Origin: Opitutales bacterium
Lineage (GTDB): Bacteria; Verrucomicrobiota; Verrucomicrobiia; Opitutales; Opitutaceae
Direction of reading: 5' to 3'
Length of the DNA: 64,000 nt
NCBI GenBank assembly: GCA_038249085.1
Contig: JBBRWR010000010.1
Coordinates: 11,009 to 75,008, forward strand
The stretch's first letter is position 1, and each line of letters starts with the position of its first letter. Below the pieces are notes generated by a model that saw only the letters and a program-made list of their open reading frames with translations, was not told where the DNA came from and made no database searches. Positions 9,799-17,356 of this stretch are shown one piece after another. Both the position numbers and the translations under genes were made by a program.

Positions 9799-10863
9799 AT
9801 GATCATCATCCGCCTCCTTCTGCTCGGTCTCACCGGCCTCGCCACCGTGGCGATCGCCGCCGAACCGGCCGTCAACGACGCGTTGCTGCTTCGCTCCCTC
9901 AAGCGGTTCCCCGCCGCCGACAAGAACCGGGACGGCCGGCTCACCCGCGAGGAATGGCAGGAGTTTCAGCAGGGCCGGCGCCTGCGGGACGAGATGACCG
10001 AGGAGGAGGCCCGGGTGCCGGGTGCGTCGACCGACCGCCGTCCGCGGGTGGTCCCAACGCAGGCGGAGCTTCCCTACGGCCCGCTCCCCGAGCAGCGCTT
10101 GAACCTGTGGATCGCCCCGTCGGCCAAGCCCACCCCTCTCATTGTCCACTTTCACGGCGGCGGTTTCATCCAGGGGAGCAAGCAGGCCACGATCGACCAG
10201 ACCTTGCGGGAAAAACTCGCCGCCGGCGGCGTCTCGTATGCCTCGGTCCAATACCGATTCCAGTCGAAGGATTTCCCCTTGCCCCAGGTCCTGCGCGGCA
10301 TCGCCCGCTCGGTCCAATACCTCCGCCACACGGCCCGCGACTGGAACCTCGACCCCACCCGCGTCGCCGCCTTCGGTTCGAGTGCCGGCGCCGCCGCCAG
10401 CGCCTGGCTCGGCCTGCGCGACGATCTCGCCGATCCGCACCACGCCGATCCCGTCTTGCGCCAGTCGTCGCGGGTACAGGCCGTCTGGGCGATCTCCGTG
10501 GCCGCCACGATGGACGTGTGGGAGTGGCCGAAGTACAACCCGATGTTCACCGAAAAAATGATCCCGGCGTGGATCGCCCGCTGGGGGTACGACCCGAAGA
10601 CCGATCCCACCGCCCCAGACACCGTCGCCTGGCGGCGCGAAGTGCATTTCCCCCGCTGGGCCTCCGCCGACGACGCCCCGATGGTCATCGTCAACGAACA
10701 CTTCGCCGACAACGTCGCGCACAATCCGCAGTCCTCCCAAGCGCTCTACGAGGTGTGCCGCGCCACCGGCCTGGATGTGGCGCTCTACATGCGCGAAATC
10801 GTCCACAACCTCGATCAGATGCCCGACCCGTTCGACTGGATGATCGGCCGCCTGAAAAAATAG
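9799..10863 (+). CDS. secreted alpha/beta-hydrolase esterase with N-terminal EF-hand
   Basis: Signal-like start MIIIRLLLLGLTGLATVAIAA. EF-hand loop DKNRDGRLTREEW. Hydrolase fold-3 motifs HFHGGGFIQGSK and GSSAGAAAS. Confidence 0.8.
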   Translation: MIIIRLLLLGLTGLATVAIAAEPAVNDALLLRSLKRFPAADKNRDGRLTREEWQEFQQGRRLRDEMTEEEARVPGASTDRRPRVVPTQAELPYGPLPEQRLNLWIAPSAKPTPLIVHFHGGGFIQGSKQATIDQTLREKLAAGGVSYASVQYRFQSKDFPLPQVLRGIARSVQYLRHTARDWNLDPTRVAAFGSSAGAAASAWLGLRDDLADPHHADPVLRQSSRVQAVWAISVAATMDVWEWPKYNPMFTEKMIPAWIARWGYDPKTDPTAPDTVAWRREVHFPRWASADDAPMVIVNEHFADNVAHNPQSSQALYEVCRATGLDVALYMREIVHNLDQMPDPFDWMIGRLKK

Positions 10864-11052
10864 GGCCGCCCCCTGCGCGCCAGCCCTGACCGCCTACGGC
10901 GCAGTGGCCGGGCGCGCGCCCGGGTGGCTGGGACGGTCTCGCGCCGTGGTGATCACGCTCAGCGCTTCGCCCGGCGGCGCATCCGGATTTCACGATTTCT
11001 GGGAGCCGGTGGTTGTTGCGGAAGACGACATCCCGGATATTCGATCCCGCCA

Positions 11053-13332
11053 ATGCGAGAAAACGTGCCACCCCATCCGATCTACCTGGATCCGGCCGCT
11101 CCGCTCGCAGCGCGCGTGCAGGATCTGCTCGCCCGCATGACGGTGGAGGAGAAGGCCGCCCAGCTCACTTCCGCCAGCCTGCGGTTGTCGGCGGCGACCG
11201 AGGAGGGCCTGGCCGAAGTGGGCCTGCAGGTGCGCGAACGCCTGACCCACGGCATCGGGCAAATCGAAAACACATTTGATCCCCGCACGCCCCGCCAGAG
11301 CGTCGAGGAAGTCAACGCACTCCAGCGATTGTTGCGGGAGGAAACCCGCCTCGGCATTCCCGCGCTCATCGGCAGCGAGTGCCTGCACGGCCACGTCGGA
11401 TCCCAGTCGACGATCTTTCCCGTGCCGCTGGCGATGGCCTCGAGCTGGAATCCGGCGCTGGTGCGCCGGGCGTTTGACGTGACCGCCCGGGAGGCCCGCG
11501 CCCGGGGCTCGCACGAAGCCCATACTCCCGTCGTGGATCTGGGGCGCGATCCGCGCTGGGGTCGCATCGAGGAAACCTACGGGGAAGACACCTGGCTCGT
11601 CACGCAGATGGGCCTGGCGGCCATCGCCGGGCTGCAAGGCGGCATGGCGGGCAACCCGGGGCGGAGTCACGTCATCGCGGCCCCCAAACATTTCGCGGGT
11701 TACGGCCAGGTGAGCGGCGGGCGTAACTTCGCCGCGACGCCGATCGAGACCAAGACCCTGTGGGATGAAATTCTGCCACCCTTTGCGGCCGCCGTGAAAG
11801 TCGCGCGGGCCCAGGGTATCATGGCCTCGCACGGCGAGGTCGGGGGCGTGCCCGCGCATGGCAACCGGTGGCTGTTGACCGATCTGCTGCGGGACGAGTG
11901 GGGCTTCGAGGGCATGGTGGTTTCCGACTACTACGACATCCTGCGCCTGGATGAATTTCATCACGTGGTGGCTTCGCTCGACGAGGCCGCCCGGCTGGCT
12001 TTGATCGCCGGGATGGACTTGGATTTGCCTGCGGGCGCCGCTTACTGCCGGTTGCCGGCGGTCATCGCGGCGGAGCCTGCGCTGGAAGTGGATTTGGACC
12101 GGAGCGTGAGTCGCATCCTGCGCCTGAAATTCCGGCTGGGCCTATTCGAGGACCCGTTTGTGGATGCGACTGCGGCCGAGAGCATCGTGGGATGCGGAGC
12201 GCATCTGGCCGTGGCGGAGGAACTCGCCGCCGAGTCCATCACGCTGCTCAAGAACGCGGGCGATCTGCTTCCGTTCGATCTCGCCGCGCTCCGGACCATC
12301 GCCGTGATCGGGCCCAACGCGGCCTCGATCGAGACCGGGGGCTACTCGATGACCAATGACCACGTCGTGAGTATCCTGGCGGGCATCACGCAATATGTGG
12401 GCGCCCGCGCCCGGGTGGTCCACGCGGAGGGCTGCCGGATTGGGGCAGTCAGTTACGAGAACCACGAGACCGTGTTCCGGGCGCACCCGCTGGCCGGGGA
12501 ACTTGCCGCCATCGGGGCGGCCGTCGAGGTGGCCCGCCGCGCCGATGTCGCCGTCGTGTGCGTGGGCGGCAACACCAGGACCAGCACCGAGGCCTTTTAC
12601 CTCGCGGGGATCAAGGGTGACCGCGCCACCCTCGGCCTGCTGGGCAACCAGGAGGAGTTGGTCCGGCGTATCCTCGCCACCGGCACGCCGACGGTGGTGG
12701 TGTTGATGGGAGGCCGGCCCTACGCGATTCCCGGGATCGCCGGGCAGGCTCCCGCCCTCCTCAACACGTTCTACCTTGGCCAGGCCAACGGGGCGGCGGT
12801 GGCCCGGGTGCTGTTTGGCGACGTCAACCCGAGTGGAAAATTGCCGATCACCGTCCCGCGCTCGGTGGGGCAATTGCCGATGTACTACTCCCAGAAGGCG
12901 GAGTCCTTTTACAAGGACTACCTGGATGAAGCGCCCGGCCCGCTCTTCCCGTTTGGCTTCGGCTTGTCCTATACCACGTTCGAATATTCCGACCTGCAAG
13001 TCGGCCAGCCGACCTATCGACGGGAGGAATCCGTCCGCTGCCGCGTAACGATCACCAACACCGGCCGTCGCGCCGGCGCGGAGGTCGTGCAGGTGTACTT
13101 CCGTGACTTGGTGGCCTCCGTGGTCCGGCCCGCCAAATTGCTGGTGCGATTCGAAAAGGTCTTCCTGCAGCCGGGAGAGGCGAGGGAACTCACGTTTGAA
13201 CTCAGTCCGGCCAAAGATCTGTCCTTCACGGGGATCGATCTCCAGCGAGTCGTCGAGCCCGGTGAATTCGAACTCATGGTGGGAAGCTCCTCCGCCGATA
13301 TCCGCGCCACGGCGACGTTTGCGCTCTGCTGA
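11053..13332 (+). CDS. glycoside hydrolase family 3 (beta-glucosidase/beta-xylosidase type), no signal peptide
   Basis: Start set at the internal ATG (MRENVPPHPIYLDPAAPLAARVQDLLARMTVEEKAAQL), a typical GH3 N-terminus. GH3 blocks are present (KHFAGYG, GMVVSDY) and the C-terminal part looks like a fibronectin-like domain. Confidence 0.9.
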   Translation: MRENVPPHPIYLDPAAPLAARVQDLLARMTVEEKAAQLTSASLRLSAATEEGLAEVGLQVRERLTHGIGQIENTFDPRTPRQSVEEVNALQRLLREETRLGIPALIGSECLHGHVGSQSTIFPVPLAMASSWNPALVRRAFDVTAREARARGSHEAHTPVVDLGRDPRWGRIEETYGEDTWLVTQMGLAAIAGLQGGMAGNPGRSHVIAAPKHFAGYGQVSGGRNFAATPIETKTLWDEILPPFAAAVKVARAQGIMASHGEVGGVPAHGNRWLLTDLLRDEWGFEGMVVSDYYDILRLDEFHHVVASLDEAARLALIAGMDLDLPAGAAYCRLPAVIAAEPALEVDLDRSVSRILRLKFRLGLFEDPFVDATAAESIVGCGAHLAVAEELAAESITLLKNAGDLLPFDLAALRTIAVIGPNAASIETGGYSMTNDHVVSILAGITQYVGARARVVHAEGCRIGAVSYENHETVFRAHPLAGELAAIGAAVEVARRADVAVVCVGGNTRTSTEAFYLAGIKGDRATLGLLGNQEELVRRILATGTPTVVVLMGGRPYAIPGIAGQAPALLNTFYLGQANGAAVARVLFGDVNPSGKLPITVPRSVGQLPMYYSQKAESFYKDYLDEAPGPLFPFGFGLSYTTFEYSDLQVGQPTYRREESVRCRVTITNTGRRAGAEVVQVYFRDLVASVVRPAKLLVRFEKVFLQPGEARELTFELSPAKDLSFTGIDLQRVVEPGEFELMVGSSSADIRATATFALC

Positions 13333-13510
13333 TTCGGAGTTCCCGTGATGGATCCCTCCACCAAGACCCACCGCGGCAGCCGCAACCAGAGGCTCTCGGA
13401 AATCGTGAAATCGGGCATCTGGAATCAAGAATTCCGGAATTTCCCCACCGGCGAATTTTTGACCGACCACAAGGACCCGGATCGTTCCCAGTTTGAATCC
13501 TTCCCTCGTC

Positions 13511-14893
13511 ATGAATAAATCGTCCCTCCTTGCCCTCGTTTTGATAGTCGCTGCGCCGGTCTCCGCCCAACTCCCGTTTGGGCTGCGCGATGCCCAGGGT
13601 CGCCACGTTGTGGCCCGGGGTTTTGTTGTCACCACCAGCGACGGCCTGGGCGAGGTGACCTACGAGGCCGACGACTATGCCCGCATGGTCCGGATGGGCG
13701 CCAATTACCAGGTCATCCGGCTCGAACTCGGCCAGCTGAGCGCCTTGCCGGGCGCCCGGCGGGATGAAAAGTACCTCCTCAGGTTGGATGGTTTGGTGGC
13801 GTTGGGCCGCAGCGCCGGGATGAAGACGGTCTTCAAGATGACCGTCTACGGCGTGAAGGGCTTCTCCTGGGAGGCATTCTGGCTGAACCAGCACGGCGAA
13901 CTGGATCGGTACGTCGCGGCTTGGCAGGCGATCTGGCAGCGCTACCGCGAGGAGGCCTCGGTGGTGGGTTACGATCTGATCAACGAACCGCGGAAACTGG
14001 CGATGGCCATTTCCTACGACGACCTGACCACCCGGTATCTGCTGCCTCACTACCGGAAGCTGATCGACGAGAGCCATCGGATCAACGCCGCCAAGGTCTG
14101 CCTTTGCCAGGGCATCTTCATGAACAAAGGGGAGGGCATCGAGCACAACCAGTACGCCGAGATCAAGGAGCCCATCGGTCGCCCCAACCTCTACTTCTCC
14201 CCGCACCTCTATCAGGCCAACGCGGAGCACGTCGCGTCCACCCTGCCGCGGCTGATTCAGGAGGCGTCGCGGCAGCAGGCCCCGATGTTCATCGGCGAAT
14301 GGGGTTTCCCCACGTTCGACACGACGGACGCCTCGGTGGCGGAGCAGCAGAAGTATGCCCGGCTGTATCAGGAGACGGCGGACGCCTTCGACCGCCTGGG
14401 GGTCGGCACCATCAAGGCTTGGTTCACCGGGACGCGGGTGAAACAGAATTTTCTCGGTGGCGGACCCTCGACCTGGTCCATCTTCAGCGATGCGAAGGGA
14501 GTGGGCACGGTCGAACGGAAATACATCACCGATGTCATCGCCCGCCCGTATCCGCAGGCGATCGCCGGGGACATCATGTCCTTCCGCTACGATTATGCCT
14601 CCCGCGTGCTGGAGGTGAAGCTCCGGTCCGACAACCGCAAGGGGGAGTCCCGGATCTTCGTCGGGGCCAACCGGCATTATCCGGACGGCTTTTCCGTCTA
14701 CTGCGGCGATACGCTCATCCTCGGCCGCAACCCGCTCAGACCTTCCGGCCTGGAGGTGCTCAAGTCGGGACCTGCTGACGACGCCAGGGATTTCATTTGG
14801 GACGAAGCGCGCCAACAATTGGTTATCCAGAAATGGCCGGTCGACGGGGCCGAACTCCGGCTGAGAATCGCACCCGGGGTCGCGTGGCCCTGA
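13511..14893 (+). CDS. glycoside hydrolase family 5 (cellulase superfamily), secreted
   Basis: The ATG at 13511 gives the signal peptide MNKSSLLALVLIVAAPVSAQ. Acid/base motif LINEP and nucleophile motif GEWGFP are at GH5-like spacing. Confidence 0.85.
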   Translation: MNKSSLLALVLIVAAPVSAQLPFGLRDAQGRHVVARGFVVTTSDGLGEVTYEADDYARMVRMGANYQVIRLELGQLSALPGARRDEKYLLRLDGLVALGRSAGMKTVFKMTVYGVKGFSWEAFWLNQHGELDRYVAAWQAIWQRYREEASVVGYDLINEPRKLAMAISYDDLTTRYLLPHYRKLIDESHRINAAKVCLCQGIFMNKGEGIEHNQYAEIKEPIGRPNLYFSPHLYQANAEHVASTLPRLIQEASRQQAPMFIGEWGFPTFDTTDASVAEQQKYARLYQETADAFDRLGVGTIKAWFTGTRVKQNFLGGGPSTWSIFSDAKGVGTVERKYITDVIARPYPQAIAGDIMSFRYDYASRVLEVKLRSDNRKGESRIFVGANRHYPDGFSVYCGDTLILGRNPLRPSGLEVLKSGPADDARDFIWDEARQQLVIQKWPVDGAELRLRIAPGVAWP

Positions 14894-14943
14894 GATGACC
14901 TGCCTTCGAAGGACGTTCCATCGCTGTTAACGACGCGACTGAA

Positions 14944-15080
14944 GGGTGGGGCGCCGACTCCGTTCCGCGCCGGGAGAAGGGAACGGGGATCGCTACGCCC
15001 GGGCGGCGGTGAAGGGACTCACCGCCCTACCACTAACGAGGTTCGTACGGGTGGGGCGCGGACTCCGTTCCGCGCCGGGG
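14944..15080. repeat. REP-like palindromic repeats, family A (one half unit plus one full unit)
   Basis: GGGTGGGGCGC(C/G)GACTCCGTTCCGCGCCGGG occurs at 14944-14974 and again inside the full unit at 15005-15080. The full unit is GGCGGTGAAGGGACTCACCGCCCTACC...GTACGGGTGGGGCGCGGACTCCGTTCCGCGCCGGGG. Near-identical units lie at 23292-23366 and, inverted, at 26422-26507. Confidence 0.85.
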
Positions 15081-15081
15081 T

Positions 15082-16287
15082 CTACTCCCTCCCGGTCAGC
15101 CTGACCTCGATCCTGCCCTGGTTGCCCGGATCGACGACCCAGCGCACGCCGTCCAGTTCAAACACGAAGGTGCCGGCATCCATGTTGCCATGGCTGATTT
15201 GCGCGGAGCCGCCCTTCACGGCCAGGTACAGTTGCCCCGCGTCGTCCCTGGCCCCGCGGAAGACCGCCACCGGATTCGCGCCCCGGCCGCACCACGCCAG
15301 GGGCAGGACGCTGTTCTGGCGTTCCTCGAATTGACTGAGCCAGACCAGTCCCGGTCCGGCCAGGCGTTCGGCCGCGGCGGGATGTTCGAAGTAAGGCCGA
15401 TCCAGATACAGGCTGTCACCGGTCCGGGCCGCGAACCACGCGAGCAGGGTGGAGGTTTCGCCGTCGGTCCCGCCGTCCGAGTCGGCAAAGTTGAAACACT
15501 CGCCGGAAGGGGCGGTGGTCTGCAGGCGGAAGTTCGCACTCGCCATGAACCCCGGGCTGGCGCTGAGGCCAAAATCGCTTCCGAGGGCGGTCTGCAGCAC
15601 GTTGGCGGCGAGCACGGAAAAGCTGGTGCCGAACCGCCAGTAGCCCGGCCCCTCCGGGTGAGCCCCATCCGGTGCGTATTCCTTGAGTGAATTCGGCAAT
15701 TGCTCGAGCGCGCGGGCGATCGTCCTGGCCGCCAGCTCGGGATCAACCTCGGCGACGGCGAGGGCGGCGGCCACCATGCCGCCATGGCAGACGGAGTTCC
15801 AGTTGTTGTTGCTGCTGATCCACTGCATCCGCTCCCCCTTCACATTGTAGCTCGGGCGGAGGCCTTTCTCGATCAGCGCGGCCTTGGCCCGCCGCACGGT
15901 TTCCGCCGGCAACGCCTCCCCGGTCCAGTCGAGCGCCAGCGCCACGGCGGTCGACATCTGCGACACATCAAGAAAATGCTGGGGATTCCAGTCGGCAAAA
16001 CCGCACACCGCGAGCAGCTCGGCGTTGATGCGGTCCAGGTACCCTTGATCGCGATCGAGACGATAAATCATCGACAGGATCCCCAGGGTCTTCATCGCAC
16101 TGAACGCCACGGGCATCCGGAAGCCCACGAGGACGTGCTGGGCCAACGGTTGCTTCAGGATTTCCGCCGGCGGGGAGGCGGCGATCGGAGGGCCGGCGAC
16201 GGTTCGCACGGTGGCAACGGTCGGAAGGTAGCAGGGCCCGCGCCGGGAAACCAATGTCCCGATGCAGTTTCCCTTGTGGTTTTGCAT
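15082..16287 (-). pseudogene. heparinase II/III-like gene remnant (both ends apparently missing)
   Basis: The central blocks of the family are present (DWNPQHFLDVSQMSTAVALALDW, NNWNSVCHGG, HGNMDAGTFVFELDGVRWVVDPG). There is no signal peptide. The ORF stops right after the start of the C-terminal Hepar_II_III block and directly abuts REP unit 15005-15080. Confidence 0.55.
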
Positions 16288-16381
16288 CCACCCGGGGCTG
16301 CCGCAAAGGTTCGTCTGGCGCGGAGGCGGTCGCCCGGTTGATAGTCCGCGGCTCAATCTCCCCCCTCCCGCGGTCTCCACC

Positions 16382-17356
16382 ATGATCAAGCGCATTCTCC
16401 CGCTCGTGTTTTTGTCGGTCGGCGGCTTGGCGATGGCCGCGGAGAGTTCCGCGCCCCGGTACTTCAGTGTCCGATCCGGGGCGCTGGTGGCCGCGAAGGC
16501 GCAACTGGCCGCGGGCGACGCCATTTTGGTGCCGGCCCTGCAGGCCTTGCAGCGCGGTGCCGCTGAGGCGTTGCAGGTCCCGCCGCCGTCCGTCACGGAA
16601 AAAACCCGGCTGGCGCCGAGCGGCGACGTGCATGACTATGCCAGCACGGCGCCCTACTTCTGGCCGGATCCCAGCAAGCCTGACGGGTTGCCGTACCTCG
16701 CGCACGACGGCAAGGTGAACCCGGAAAGCCGGACGGCCGCCTCCGACCTTCGCCGCATCGAAACCATGAGCCGCACGGTCGAGACGCTGGCGCTCGCCTA
16801 TTACTTCACCGGCAAGGAAGCCTACGCAGCTCACGCGGCGCGGTGCCTGCGGGTCTGGTTCTTGGAGCCGGCCACGTCCATGAACCCGCACTTGGAGTAC
16901 GGCCAGGGCGTGCCCGGCAAGAGTTCGGGTCGAAACATTGGCGTCATCGAGGGCGGCAACCTTCCGAGTGCGGCCGAAGCCGCGGGATTGCTGTTGGGGT
17001 CAGAGGCCTGGACGGCAAAGGAAGACGACGCGTTGAAGGCCTGGATGGCACGGTACCTCGAATGGCTGCTCACGAGCCAGTTTGGCCGGGAAGAGGCGGC
17101 GATGCCGCAGAACCACGGGACCTTGTATGATGTGCAGGTCATGCGGCTGGCGTTGCTGCTGGGGCGCACGGAGCTGGCCCGCGAGGTGGCGGAGGCCGCG
17201 AAAGCCAGGCGCGTCGCCGTACAAATTGAGCCGGATGGCCGGCAACCGATGGAGTTGAAGCGCACGAAGGCCTTCAGCTCCTTCACCCCCGGACCGCCGG
17301 CCCGGATCGACCGTAGTTGCGCACCGCTTTGGCTGATTTTTTCCCGTCATGACTGA
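16382..17356 (+). CDS. alginate-lyase-like (AlgL/PF05426-type) polysaccharide lyase, secreted, possibly C-terminally truncated
   Basis: The ATG at 16382 gives the signal peptide MIKRILPLVFLSVGGLAMA. Family-like blocks include DYASTAPYFWPDP, LPYLAHDGKVNPE and NHGTLYDVQ. Homology appears to end after ...ELKRTKAFS, and the stop lies just before the REPIN at 17391. Confidence 0.7.
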   Translation: MIKRILPLVFLSVGGLAMAAESSAPRYFSVRSGALVAAKAQLAAGDAILVPALQALQRGAAEALQVPPPSVTEKTRLAPSGDVHDYASTAPYFWPDPSKPDGLPYLAHDGKVNPESRTAASDLRRIETMSRTVETLALAYYFTGKEAYAAHAARCLRVWFLEPATSMNPHLEYGQGVPGKSSGRNIGVIEGGNLPSAAEAAGLLLGSEAWTAKEDDALKAWMARYLEWLLTSQFGREEAAMPQNHGTLYDVQVMRLALLLGRTELAREVAEAAKARRVAVQIEPDGRQPMELKRTKAFSSFTPGPPARIDRSCAPLWLIFSRHD

